Shown: positions 30,598-40,099, counted from the first letter of the stretch. The stretch is DNA of 64,000 nucleotides from an uncultured Candidatus Rokubacteria bacterium (GCA_963826115.1 CAWGVS010000005.1:576001-640000); one strand, 5' to 3'. The notes: a model not told the origin generated them from the letters alone. A program made the numbers and translations.

Positions 30598-30687
30598 GCG
30601 CGGGTCAGGTCATCCACTTCACGAGAGACAGATGTGCAACTACCCGTTGTCATTGATGGATCCTGGATCGCTCCGGCGAGGCATCCG

Positions 30688-31107
30688 GTGACGGCCCCGC
30701 TCTACGGCGGCGTGATCCTCGAGCGTTTCCGTCACCCGCGGCACTTCGGCGAGCTGCCCGGCGCCGACCTGTCCCACGAGGACGTCAACCCGCTCTGCGG
30801 GGACCGTCTCCGCGTGGAGCTCCGCCTCGGGCCGGAGCGGGAGATCGAGTCGATCCGCTTCCAGGGCGACGCCTGCGCCGTCGCGACGGCCTCGGCGGAC
30901 CTCCTGGCGGAGATGGTCGAGGGTCGCCCGCCGAGCGAGGCGCTCGGGCTCGAGCGGGACGCCCTCGTCGCCGCGCTCGGAGCGCCGATCCGGGCGTCGC
31001 GGCTCGGCTGCGTGTCGCTCCCGCTGGCCGTCCTGCGCGGAGCGCTCGGGGCCGGCGCGGAGCGGATCGCCGCGGCGCGGGGTCGGCCCGCGGGGGAGCC
31101 CCGGTGA
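30688..31107 (+). CDS. SufU/IscU-type Fe-S scaffold or sulfur acceptor
   Basis: HPRHFG, NPLCGD, ACAVATASA, RLGC; directly upstream of sufS. Confidence 0.88.
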   Translation: MTAPLYGGVILERFRHPRHFGELPGADLSHEDVNPLCGDRLRVELRLGPEREIESIRFQGDACAVATASADLLAEMVEGRPPSEALGLERDALVAALGAPIRASRLGCVSLPLAVLRGALGAGAERIAAARGRPAGEPR

Positions 31108-32354
31108 GCCTGGCCGAGCGCGTCCGTCCCGACTTTCCGATCCTCAGCCGCACCGTCGGCGGGCGCCGGCTCGTCTACCTCGACTCCGCGGCGACCGCCC
31201 AGAAGCCGCGACAGGTGCTCGACGCGGTTCGCCTCTTCTACGAGCGGTCGAACTCGAACGTCCACCGGTCGATCCACACGCTGGGCGAGGAGGCGACGGA
31301 GCTCTACGAGGGCGCGCGCGACCGGGTGCGGGCCTTCATCGGCGCGCGTCAGCGCGAGGAGATCGTCTTCACGAAGGGCACCACGGAGGCCATCAACCTC
31401 GTCGTCCACACGTGGGCGCGCCCCGCGCTCGTCGAGGGGGACGAGATCCTCCTGTCGGAGATGGAGCACCACTCGAACCTGGTGCCGTGGATCCTCCTCG
31501 CGCGCGAGCGGAAGCTCCGCCTCCGGCACGTCCCGGTGACCGACGAGGGGACGCTGGACCTCCAGGCGTTCGAGCGGCTCCTCACGCGGCGCACGCGCCT
31601 GGTCGCGCTGGCCCACGTCTCGAACGTGCTCGGCACGATCAACCCGGTGGCGGAGATCATCGAGCGCGCGCAGGCGGCCGGCGCGCGGGTACTCCTCGAC
31701 GGCGCCCAGGCGGCGCCGCACCTCCCGGTGAACGTGGACGCGCTCGGCGCCGACTTCTACGCGTTCTCGGGGCACAAGGTCGGGGCGCCGACGGGCATTG
31801 GCGTGCTCTACGGGCGGCGCGAGGTGATGGAGCCGCTCGAGCCGTTCTTCGGAGGCAGCGAGATCATCCGCGAGGTGTGGCTCGACCGCGCGACCTGGAA
31901 CGACCTGCCCTGGCGGTTCGAGCCAGGCACGCCGCCCATCGCGGGCGCCGTCGGCCTCGGGGCGGCGATCGACTACGTCGAGGGGCTCGGCCGCGACGCC
32001 GTCCGGCGGCACGACACGGAGCTCGTCGTGGAGGCGCTCGCGCGCCTCGCCGAGGTCGAGGACCTCGAGATCTACGGCCCCCGGGACCCCGAGACCCGGG
32101 CCGGCGTGATCTCCTTCAACTTCCCGGGCGTCCATCCGCACGATCTCTCCGCTGCCCTCGACGCGGAGGGCGTGGCCGTTCGCGCGGGCCACCACTGCGC
32201 GCAGCCGCTCATGCGGCGGCTCGGCGTGGCCGGGACGGCCCGGGCGAGCTTCTTCGTCCACACCGGAGCCGACGACATCGCCGCGCTCGCCGGCGCCCTC
32301 CACCGGGCGCGGGAGCTCCTGGGCGCCGGCCGGCTCCGTCCTACCACGCACTGA
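31104..32354 (+). CDS. sufS: SufS-type (group II) cysteine desulfurase
   Basis: YLDSAATAQKP, EHHSN, DGAQ, FSGHK, RAGHHCAQP. Confidence 0.95.
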   Translation: MSLAERVRPDFPILSRTVGGRRLVYLDSAATAQKPRQVLDAVRLFYERSNSNVHRSIHTLGEEATELYEGARDRVRAFIGARQREEIVFTKGTTEAINLVVHTWARPALVEGDEILLSEMEHHSNLVPWILLARERKLRLRHVPVTDEGTLDLQAFERLLTRRTRLVALAHVSNVLGTINPVAEIIERAQAAGARVLLDGAQAAPHLPVNVDALGADFYAFSGHKVGAPTGIGVLYGRREVMEPLEPFFGGSEIIREVWLDRATWNDLPWRFEPGTPPIAGAVGLGAAIDYVEGLGRDAVRRHDTELVVEALARLAEVEDLEIYGPRDPETRAGVISFNFPGVHPHDLSAALDAEGVAVRAGHHCAQPLMRRLGVAGTARASFFVHTGADDIAALAGALHRARELLGAGRLRPTTH

Positions 32355-32409
32355 GCGCTCCACGCGTCCGCCCGGGCCGACCGCGCGGGCAAGCGCCGCG
32401 GCAGGCCTG

Positions 32410-33378
32410 ATGCGGCGCCTCGCGACCGGGGTCGGCCTCCTCGCCCTGGTCATCCTGTGCGGCGCCGCCCCGTCGGGGGCCGAGCCGCTCCGGATCCGGT
32501 ACGCCGTCTGGGTCGGCTACGGGCCGCTCTTCCTCGCGCAGCAGAGGGGCTACTTCCAGGCCGAGGGGGTCGACGTCCAGCTCGTGAAGATGGAGGACCC
32601 CGCGGAGAGCTTCCGCGCGATGAGCGCGGGCCGGCTCGACGGCCTCGCGTCGACGGTCGACACGATGGTGACGAACCTCGGGACCGGGCGCGAGTTCCAG
32701 TGCGTCCTGGCGCTCGACGACTCGGCGGGCGGCGACGGCATCGTCGCGCGCCGGGAGATCCGGTCGGTCCGCGACCTCAAGGGGAAGCGCGTCGCCGTCC
32801 ATCTGGGGTCCGTCTCGCAGTTCTTCCTGGACGTGCTCCTGCGGGAGGCGGGCCTCTCGGAGAAGGACCTCCAGATCGTGAACATGAAGCACGGCGACGC
32901 CGGCGCGGCGTTCGTCGCCGGCAAGGTGGACGCGGCCGTGACCTGGGAGCCCTGGCTCTCGAAGGGAAAGACGGCGCCCCACGGGCACCTCTTGGTCGAC
33001 TCCTCCGCGACGCCGGGGCTCATCACCGATGTTCTCGTGTTCCGGCGGGACGTCATCGAGCGCCGGCCGCGAGAGGTCCGCGCCGTCGTCGCGGCCTGGA
33101 ACCGCGCGGTGGCCCTCTGGAGCGAGCGCCCCGCGGAGTCGAACGCGGTCATGGCCCGGGCGGTGGGCGACTGGCTCCGGGACCCGGCGCTCTTCGCCGA
33201 CGTGCTGACCGGCGTGCGCTTCTACGACCAGGCGGCGAACGCGCGGTTCTTCGGCACCGCGGAGCGGCCGGGTCCGCTCTACCGCATGATCCAGAACGCG
33301 CTGGACCTGGTCGCCGTGCCCCCCTCGGCCCGGGGCGTCGCGCCGGGCGACCTCGTCAGCCACGCCTTCGTGAAGTAG
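32410..33378 (+). CDS. NitT/TauT-type ABC substrate-binding protein (paralog 1)
   Basis: Signal peptide, WVGYGPL, DDSAGGDG, DAAVTWEPWLS. Confidence 0.88.
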   Translation: MRRLATGVGLLALVILCGAAPSGAEPLRIRYAVWVGYGPLFLAQQRGYFQAEGVDVQLVKMEDPAESFRAMSAGRLDGLASTVDTMVTNLGTGREFQCVLALDDSAGGDGIVARREIRSVRDLKGKRVAVHLGSVSQFFLDVLLREAGLSEKDLQIVNMKHGDAGAAFVAGKVDAAVTWEPWLSKGKTAPHGHLLVDSSATPGLITDVLVFRRDVIERRPREVRAVVAAWNRAVALWSERPAESNAVMARAVGDWLRDPALFADVLTGVRFYDQAANARFFGTAERPGPLYRMIQNALDLVAVPPSARGVAPGDLVSHAFVK

Positions 33379-33436
33379 GGACGCGGCGGGCGTTCGGCCG
33401 GCTCGCAGGACGCGGCGCAGCGCGACGCCGCCCGCA

Positions 33437-33465
33437 TTGACAGCCCCCGGGAAGTCTCGTAACGT
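33437..33465 (+). promoter_or_regulatory. sigma70 promoter
   Basis: TTGACA-17 nt-TAACGT upstream of SBP paralog 2. Confidence 0.65.
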
Positions 33466-33546
33466 CGGCCTCGGCCGGGGGGCGGAGCGGAACTCGCCGA
33501 CCTGTGGGCGCGCGATGAACGGGCGGGGGCGGAGGAGGTCGGGCAC

Positions 33547-34521
33547 ATGAAGCGACTCCGGGTCATCCTCGGGTGCGTGCTGAGCCTGGTGGTGGCGTCC
33601 GCCGCCAGCGCGGCGGAGCCGATCAAGATCGGCTATCCGATCTGGGTGGGCTTCGGTCCCATCTACCTGGCGCACAGCAAGGGCTTCTTCAAGGCGCAGG
33701 GCGTCGACGTCGACCTCCAGGTCATCGACGACACCAAGGTGGGCATGGCGGCGCTCGCCGCCAAGCGCATCGAGGCCTACGGCGCGACGCCGAACACCGT
33801 CCTGCTCTACGCCAAGGCGGACAACCCGTTCACCATGGTGATGACGCTCGACGACTCGAAGGGCGGCGACGGCGTCGTCGCGAACAAGGACATCAAGTCG
33901 ATCAAGGAGCTCAAGGGGAAGAAGGTCGCGTTCCTCGAGGGCTCGATCGCCCAGTTCTACCTGAGCTACCTCCTGAAGCGCGAGGGCATGACCGAGAAGG
34001 ACATCACGCCGGTCAACATGGGCTCGACGGGTGACGCGGGCGCGGCCTTCGTCGCGAACCGGGTCGACGCCGCGGTCGTGTGGGAGCCGTGGCTCAGCAA
34101 GGGCAAGAGCGCGCCCCACGGCCACGTCCTGATCGACTCCTCGAAGACGCCGGGGCTCATCATCGACACGCTCGCGTTCCGCCAGGACGTCGTGAGGAGC
34201 CGGCCCGACGACGTGCGGAAGGTCGTCCGCGGGATCGGGCAGGCGGTCGACTTCTGGCGGACGAACCCCAAGGAGGCGACCGAGATCATGACAAAGGGCC
34301 TGGGCGGCTGGCTGAAGGAGCCCAAGGACTTCGAGGAGGCCCTGTCGGGCGCGACGCTCTACGGCATCAAGGAGAACCGCTCGTTCATGGGGACCAAGGC
34401 CAAGCCGGGCCCGATGTTCCAGACGGTCCAGGGCGCCATCGACTTCTGGCGGCAGACCGGCAAGCTGGTCTGGCCGGCGGTCAAGGCCGCCGACGTCGTC
34501 GACCCGTCGTTCCTGGAATAG
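33547..34521 (+). CDS. NitT/TauT-type ABC substrate-binding protein (paralog 2)
   Basis: Signal peptide, WVGFGPI, DDSKGGDG, DAAVVWEPWLS; GGAGGAGG RBS. Confidence 0.92.
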   Translation: MKRLRVILGCVLSLVVASAASAAEPIKIGYPIWVGFGPIYLAHSKGFFKAQGVDVDLQVIDDTKVGMAALAAKRIEAYGATPNTVLLYAKADNPFTMVMTLDDSKGGDGVVANKDIKSIKELKGKKVAFLEGSIAQFYLSYLLKREGMTEKDITPVNMGSTGDAGAAFVANRVDAAVVWEPWLSKGKSAPHGHVLIDSSKTPGLIIDTLAFRQDVVRSRPDDVRKVVRGIGQAVDFWRTNPKEATEIMTKGLGGWLKEPKDFEEALSGATLYGIKENRSFMGTKAKPGPMFQTVQGAIDFWRQTGKLVWPAVKAADVVDPSFLE

Positions 34522-34532
34522 CCCAGTCGTGA

Positions 34533-34589
34533 CCGCGGTCCGGGGACGGCGCCGGGACTCTTCCCGGGGCCGTCCCCGGCGGACCGCGG
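34533..34589 (+). terminator. Long stem-loop between SBP and permease genes
   Basis: ccgcggtcc/ggaccgcgg and ccggggacggc/gccgtccccgg inverted arms. Confidence 0.55.
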
Positions 34590-34601
34590 AGTAGCCCGCC
34601 C

Positions 34602-35393
34602 GTGGCCGGCTGGCTCACGCCCAAGGAGCCGATCCCGCGCCCCGTCTATCTCACCGCCAGCACGCTCACCGTCGGCGCGCTCCTCGGCGGCTGGGTGCTG
34701 CTGGCGTACAGCGGTCTGGTCCGGACCGAGTTCCTGCCGACGCCCTACCAGGTGGGCCTGGCCGCCGTCGACCTCACCAAGGACGGCTCCCTGTGGACCC
34801 ACATCGGCGCCTCCTGCTTCGTGGTCCTCGTGGGGTTCGGCGTCGCCTCGGTTCTGGCGGTGCCGCTCGGCATCCTGATGGGCACCTTCCAGCTGGTGGA
34901 AGCGGTGGTCGAGCCCGTCACCGACTTCATCCGCTACCTGCCGGTGAGCGCGATGGTGCCGCTCCTGATCCTGTGGGTCGGGATCGACTACGAGACCCGC
35001 ATCGCGGTCATCTTCATCGGCACCTTCTTCCAGCAGCTCGTGATGATCGCCGACATCGCCCACCACGTGCCGAAGGACCTCCTCGACGTGTCGTACACGC
35101 TGGGGGCCGGCCGCCTGCAGGTGGTGTCGCGCGTCCTGGTGCCCGGCACCCTGCCGGGGGTGATGGACACGCTGCGGATCACGCTCGGCTGGGCGTGGAC
35201 GTACCTCGTGCTCGCCGAGCTGGTCGCCGCGAACCGGGGCCTCGGGTACCTGATCCTCACGTCGATGCGCGGCCTCTTCACCGACCGCATCTTCGTCGGG
35301 ATCCTGGTCATCGGGCTCCTGGGCCTCCTGTCCGACCTGCTGTTCAAGTACCTCCACCGCTGGCTCCTGCCCTGGTCGCCGAAGGCCGGCTGA
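34602..35393 (+). CDS. NitT/TauT ABC permease
   Basis: FLPTP, RYLPVSA, TLGA, VLAELVAANRGLGY. Confidence 0.92.
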   Translation: MAGWLTPKEPIPRPVYLTASTLTVGALLGGWVLLAYSGLVRTEFLPTPYQVGLAAVDLTKDGSLWTHIGASCFVVLVGFGVASVLAVPLGILMGTFQLVEAVVEPVTDFIRYLPVSAMVPLLILWVGIDYETRIAVIFIGTFFQQLVMIADIAHHVPKDLLDVSYTLGAGRLQVVSRVLVPGTLPGVMDTLRITLGWAWTYLVLAELVAANRGLGYLILTSMRGLFTDRIFVGILVIGLLGLLSDLLFKYLHRWLLPWSPKAG

Positions 35394-35409
35394 CGGAGGC
35401 CCCGCTCGC

Positions 35410-36213
35410 GTGGCGCGCCTGACGCTCGACCGTCTCAACATGCGCTTCCGGACCCGCCGCGGTGAGATGGTCACCGCGCTCCAGGACATCAGCTTCGAGA
35501 TCAATGACCGCGAGTTCGCGGTGCTGGTCGGGACCTCGGGGTGCGGGAAGTCGACGATCCTCCGGCTGGTAGCCGGCCTCTTTCCCCCGAGCGAGGGGCG
35601 CGTGCTGCTCGACGGCCGCGCCGTGTCCCGGCCCGGGGCCGAGCGGGGCATGGTCTTCCAGTCGTACACGCTCTTTCCCTGGCTCACCGTCCAGCGGAAC
35701 GTGGAGTTCGGGCCCCGCCTCCGGGGCACCCCGGCGTCGGAGCGAGCGCGGGTCGCGGCGCACTACATCCGCCAGGTCGGGCTCGCCGGCTTCGAGAACG
35801 TGTACCCGAAGGAGCTCTCGGGCGGGATGATGCAGCGCGTGGCCATCGCGCGGGCGCTCGCCAACGACCCCGAGGTGCTGCTGATGGACGAGCCCTTCGG
35901 CGCGCTCGACGCCCAGACGCGCTCCCTCATGGGGGAGCTGCTCCTCCAGGTGTGGGGCGAGGCCGCGAAGACGGTCCTCTTCGTGACGCACGACATCGAG
36001 GAGGCCCTGTTCCTCGGCGACCGGGTGTTCGTGATGACCGCGCGGCCGGGGCGAATCCGAGAGGAGATCCAGGTGCCGCTGCCGCGGCCCCGCACGGTGG
36101 ACATGCTGACGTCGGACGTCTTCGTGGGACTGAAGCGCCGGGTCATGGGCCTGATCCGCGAGGAGGCGCTGCGCATGCTCGACGCGCGGCGGGGCTCGGA
36201 CTCGGAGGACTAG
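35410..36213 (+). CDS. NitT/TauT ABC ATP-binding protein
   Basis: GTSGCGKST, LSGGMMQR, LLMDEPFGALD, VTHD. Confidence 0.95.
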   Translation: MARLTLDRLNMRFRTRRGEMVTALQDISFEINDREFAVLVGTSGCGKSTILRLVAGLFPPSEGRVLLDGRAVSRPGAERGMVFQSYTLFPWLTVQRNVEFGPRLRGTPASERARVAAHYIRQVGLAGFENVYPKELSGGMMQRVAIARALANDPEVLLMDEPFGALDAQTRSLMGELLLQVWGEAAKTVLFVTHDIEEALFLGDRVFVMTARPGRIREEIQVPLPRPRTVDMLTSDVFVGLKRRVMGLIREEALRMLDARRGSDSED

Positions 36214-36238
36214 GCACAGAGGCACAGAGGAGGCCAGC

Positions 36239-37252
36239 GTGGGGACCCATCCGATCCGTCCCGGGTACGCCGGGATTCCGACCTTCTTCCAGGCGCCGTA
36301 CGTGGAGCTCGACGCGGTGCGCGAGGGGCTGACCGTCGTGGCCGGCGTCCCCATCGACCAGGGGATCATCACCGCGAAGCCCGGCACGCGGTTCGGGCCG
36401 CGAGCCATCCGCGAGGCGTCGCAGATGCCGCGCGGGGTCCTGGCCGCCAACGTGGAGCACACCTGGGTCGACGTCGACACCGGCGTCGCCCTCCGCCTCA
36501 AGGACCACCTGGACCTCGTGGACGTCGGCGACTTCGACATCGACCCCACCGACATCATGAAGACGACCTGGTCGGTGGTGGCGGGCGTCGAGGAGATCGT
36601 GAAGCGGGGCGGGCGGCCGGTGGTGCTGGGCGGCGACCACTACATCGCGTACCCGTGCTTCGAGGGCTTCGTCCGCGCCATGAGCGAGCGGAAGGAGAAC
36701 CTCCGCGTCGGCTACCTCCACGTCGACACGCACTCGGACTTCCGGTTCGAGTACGGGCCCCTCGGCAAGTACAACCACGCGACGTCGGCGCGCCGGGTGA
36801 GCGAGAACCGCGCGGCGTCCTACCAGAACATGGCCTGGCTCGGCCTGAACGGCAGCGTGCTCGACGCCGAGATGTACCGGACGTTCAAGCGGGAGCGCCT
36901 CAAGATGGTGACCGCCAAGACGATCCGGGAGCGGGGCGCCGTGGAGTCGGTGCGCCAGGTGATGGACACGGTGGCGAGCGGCGTGGACGCCGTCTACCTC
37001 ACCGTCGACATCGATGTGGTGAATGGTGGCGAGGCGCGCGGCACGGGCGCGCCCGTGTTCAACGGCATCGAGGCCCGGACGTTCCTCGAGATGATGGAAG
37101 TGCTCGGGACGTACGACATCATCAAGTCGATCGACCTCTGCGAGGTCGCCCCGGGCTTGGATCCTGCGGGGACCACGGCCGACCTCGCGGTGGCCGGGCT
37201 CCTGGCTCTCCTCGAGCGGCGCCTCTTCGACCGGGTGGATCTGGGAGCCTGA
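36239..37252 (+). CDS. Divergent ureohydrolase (arginase/agmatinase family)
   Basis: GTRFGPRAIR, GGDHY, DTHSD, NHAT, DIDVVN, EVAP. Confidence 0.88.
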   Translation: MGTHPIRPGYAGIPTFFQAPYVELDAVREGLTVVAGVPIDQGIITAKPGTRFGPRAIREASQMPRGVLAANVEHTWVDVDTGVALRLKDHLDLVDVGDFDIDPTDIMKTTWSVVAGVEEIVKRGGRPVVLGGDHYIAYPCFEGFVRAMSERKENLRVGYLHVDTHSDFRFEYGPLGKYNHATSARRVSENRAASYQNMAWLGLNGSVLDAEMYRTFKRERLKMVTAKTIRERGAVESVRQVMDTVASGVDAVYLTVDIDVVNGGEARGTGAPVFNGIEARTFLEMMEVLGTYDIIKSIDLCEVAPGLDPAGTTADLAVAGLLALLERRLFDRVDLGA

Positions 37253-37272
37253 GCCGGAGACGGGACCCCGGC

Positions 37273-37680
37273 GTGCCTCGTTATCTCTTCCGCTGCCCCG
37301 CGTGTGAGGCCGAGTTCGAGGTCTCGCGCGCGATGAGCGAGGCCGGGCGGGCCGCCCACTGTCCCGTCGACGGGCGGGAGGCGGACCGCGTCTTCACGAT
37401 GCCGATGACGGCGGTCCGCCAGGCTGAGCGGCCGCCGCCGTCGGCCGCACCGGGCGGGGGCGTCGAGCGGAGCTGGTCGTCGCCGTTCTTTCCGAAGACG
37501 GTCCCGGGCGCCGATGTGGCGCGACCCGCGGCGCCGCCCCGTCACGTGCTGCCGGCGGGTTCCTCGAAGCCCACGCGCTTCCGGCACTTCGGGCACTGGC
37601 ACCCGACAGGGACCCCGGCCCACACGCACCCGCCGAAACGGCCGGCGGCCGCGAAGCCGGCGCCGCCCGCCGGGAGCTGA
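37273..37680 (+). CDS. FmdB-family zinc-ribbon protein with His/Pro-rich tail
   Basis: MPRYLFRCPACEAEFEV...HCPVDG; tail RHFGHWHPTGTPAHTHP. Confidence 0.75.
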   Translation: MPRYLFRCPACEAEFEVSRAMSEAGRAAHCPVDGREADRVFTMPMTAVRQAERPPPSAAPGGGVERSWSSPFFPKTVPGADVARPAAPPRHVLPAGSSKPTRFRHFGHWHPTGTPAHTHPPKRPAAAKPAPPAGS

Positions 37681-37696
37681 GCGCCGGACCGCGCGC

Positions 37697-38572
37697 TCAG
37701 AGGCGCGCGGCGACCCCGAGCTCGCGGGTGAACCGCGGCCACACGTCGGGGTCGTGGCCGGGGATGAGGAGGAACCCGCGCTCGGCGGCGACGGCCTTGA
37801 GCCGCCGGATCGCCGGGAGGGTCGACCGGGGGTCGCCCCCGAAGGCGGCCGACACCGGCTCGTCGCGGTCGAGGTTCTCCTGGAGGTCGGCCGCGTCGAA
37901 GGCGAACACGTAGCCGCCGCCTCCCACCGACCGGTCGAGCTCGACGAGGAAGCTCTGGTGGCCGGGCGTGTGGCCCGCGGTGAGGAGCGCCGTCACGCCG
38001 GGCGCGATCTCGACATCGCCGTCGGCGAGCCGCCACTCGATCCGCGGGTCGTCCCAGTCGATCCGGAACATCGCGTTCCGCTCCGCGGCCAGCGGGTCGG
38101 CCACCGCGGCCTCGAGCTCCTTCCGCTGGAGATGCACCGGCGCGCGGCCCGCGAAGTGCCGGAGGCCGCCGACGTGGTCGTTGTGGAGGTGGCTCACCGC
38201 GACCGCGACGACGTCCCGCGGGTCGACGCCCACGTGCGCGAAGGCGTCCTCCAGCGGATCGCCGGGACCCGACAGCTCGAGCTTCGTCGTGCGGCGGCCC
38301 CAGAATCGGTGGTAGAAGGCCCGGTCGCGGACGAGGGCGCCGTTGAAGCCCGTGTCGAGGAGCACGTAGCCGTCCTCGGTCTCGAGGAGGAGGCCCGGCA
38401 CGGGCTCGCGCAGGAAGACGCGACCCTCGGCCTCGGGCACGAGCGGCATCGAGGTCCGGCGTGGGATGTGCTCCCAGCCGAACGTGAGAGGGAGCACGCG
38501 CCGGACCCCGCGCTTCACGCGGCCCAGTATGTCGAGGGCCCCCGCGAGGGTCAAGCTCCGGCGCGTCGGCAC
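37697..38572 (-). CDS. N-acyl-homoserine lactonase family MBL-fold hydrolase (start uncertain)
   Basis: LLDTG, SHLHNDHVGG, GHTPGHQS, FDAAD, PGHD. Confidence 0.88.
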   Translation of the reverse strand: MPTRRSLTLAGALDILGRVKRGVRRVLPLTFGWEHIPRRTSMPLVPEAEGRVFLREPVPGLLLETEDGYVLLDTGFNGALVRDRAFYHRFWGRRTTKLELSGPGDPLEDAFAHVGVDPRDVVAVAVSHLHNDHVGGLRHFAGRAPVHLQRKELEAAVADPLAAERNAMFRIDWDDPRIEWRLADGDVEIAPGVTALLTAGHTPGHQSFLVELDRSVGGGGYVFAFDAADLQENLDRDEPVSAAFGGDPRSTLPAIRRLKAVAAERGFLLIPGHDPDVWPRFTRELGVAARL

Positions 38573-38606
38573 ACCGTCGCCGGCGCCGTCGTCCCCAGCC
38601 GAATGG

Positions 38607-38635
38607 TTGACGCTTCCGGCTCGCCCCACTAGCGT
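38607..38635 (+). promoter_or_regulatory. sigma70 promoter, probably leaderless
   Basis: TTGACG-17 nt-TAGCGT ending 6 nt before ATG 38642. Confidence 0.6.
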
Positions 38636-38641
38636 GTCGGC

Positions 38642-40051
38642 ATGAGCATTCCTACCGGACTCGCCGCGACGGTCCGCGACGCGTGGCGTCGAGTCCGCCC
38701 CGAGATTGCGGAGCACGTCCAGCGTCTCTGGGCGGAGGCCGAGCTCCCGCTCCTCGAGACGCGGTCGGCCGAGGCGCTCGCCGCGTGGCTCGAGCGCCAC
38801 GGCTTCGAGGTCGAGCGCGGCGCGTGCGGGATCCCGACGGCGTTCGCGGCGCGATTCGGGCGGGGCGAAGGCCCGGCGATCGGGCTCCTCGCGGAGTACG
38901 ACGCGTTGCCGGGGCAGGGGAACGGCGCCGTCGCGTATCGGGAGGCGGACGGCCGCGCGGCCGGCCACGCGTGCGGCCACAACCAGATCGGGCCGGCGCA
39001 GGCGGGCGCGGCGATCGCGGCGCGCGCCGTGATGGAGACGGCCGGCCTGTCCGGGCGGCTCGTGGTCCTGGGCTGCCCCGCGGAGGAGATCCTCTGGGGG
39101 AAGCTCGCGATCCTCGAGCGGGGCGGCTTCACGGGGCTGGACGCGCTCCTCACCTCCCACGCCGACTACCAGAACGGCGCGCTGTCGCGCCCGTGCCTGG
39201 CGTGCGTCTCGGTGGAGCTCGTGTTCACGGGCGTCGCGAGCCACGGCGGGGCGGTCCGCCATCACAACGCGCTGCGGGCGCTGGAGCTCGTGACGCGCGC
39301 GATCGACGACCGGCGAGGCTCGCGGTTTCAGGGCTTCGTGGTCGGCCACGTGGTGCGGGCCGGCGGCCTCATGCCGAGCATCACGCCGGACGAGGCGCGG
39401 CTCTGGCTCACGGTGCGGCACGAGTCCTTCGAGGCTGCCCGCGACGCCTACGTCGAGATCGCGGGACTCGCCGCGGAGGCCGCCCGGACGGCGGGCGTCG
39501 GCGTCCGCCAGCAGCTGATCGCCGCGAGCCGCGGCTACCTTCCGAACGACGTCCTCGCCCGGTCGCTCGACGCGAGCCTCCGTCTCGTCGGTCCGCCGGC
39601 GTGGAGCGCCGACGACCTCGCGTGGATGGAGGCGCTCTCGCGCGCCTGCGATCCCGCGGCGCCCTTCGAGCTCCACCGGGACCTCGCGCTCCACACCGAG
39701 GGCTGCGATCCCTACGGCCAGGACGACGGGGAGGCGAGCTGGCGCATCCCGCTCGGGCGCGTGAACTGGGCGATCCCGCGGGCGGTGCCGCTCCACCACT
39801 GGGGCACCACCGCGCTGAGCGGCCACGCGGCCGGGCTACCGGGGCCGCTCATGGCGTCCGAGGCGCTCGCGCTGACGGCCGTCGCGCTCCTCGCCGACCG
39901 CGGTCTGGTCGCCGAGGCGCGCCGGGAGCTCGCCCGGCGCGTCGGTGGGCGGCCGCTGTCGCCTCCCCGCTCCGGCAACTTCGCGGTGATGTCGAGGACG
40001 CCGCTCGCGTTCTGGGGCGCGACCTGGCGGGTGGACGACCCGCTCGGCTGA
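38642..40051 (+). CDS. M20 family amidohydrolase (AbgB-like)
   Basis: IPTAF, LAEYDALPG, GHACGHN, GCPAEE. Confidence 0.85.
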   Translation: MSIPTGLAATVRDAWRRVRPEIAEHVQRLWAEAELPLLETRSAEALAAWLERHGFEVERGACGIPTAFAARFGRGEGPAIGLLAEYDALPGQGNGAVAYREADGRAAGHACGHNQIGPAQAGAAIAARAVMETAGLSGRLVVLGCPAEEILWGKLAILERGGFTGLDALLTSHADYQNGALSRPCLACVSVELVFTGVASHGGAVRHHNALRALELVTRAIDDRRGSRFQGFVVGHVVRAGGLMPSITPDEARLWLTVRHESFEAARDAYVEIAGLAAEAARTAGVGVRQQLIAASRGYLPNDVLARSLDASLRLVGPPAWSADDLAWMEALSRACDPAAPFELHRDLALHTEGCDPYGQDDGEASWRIPLGRVNWAIPRAVPLHHWGTTALSGHAAGLPGPLMASEALALTAVALLADRGLVAEARRELARRVGGRPLSPPRSGNFAVMSRTPLAFWGATWRVDDPLG

Positions 40052-40099
40052 TCGCCGCGCGCCGTCGCCGCGGCGCGAACGGACGCGCGTGACGCGCTG

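Noticed and set aside
33379-33546. Possible guanidine riboswitch upstream of the ABC-ureohydrolase operon
   Set aside because: No paired ACGR hairpins or ykkC-I/III consensus recognisable by eye; an Infernal/Rfam scan would settle it
36214-36231. gcacagag tandem duplication before the ureohydrolase
   Set aside because: Two 8-nt copies only; no evident function beyond abutting the RBS
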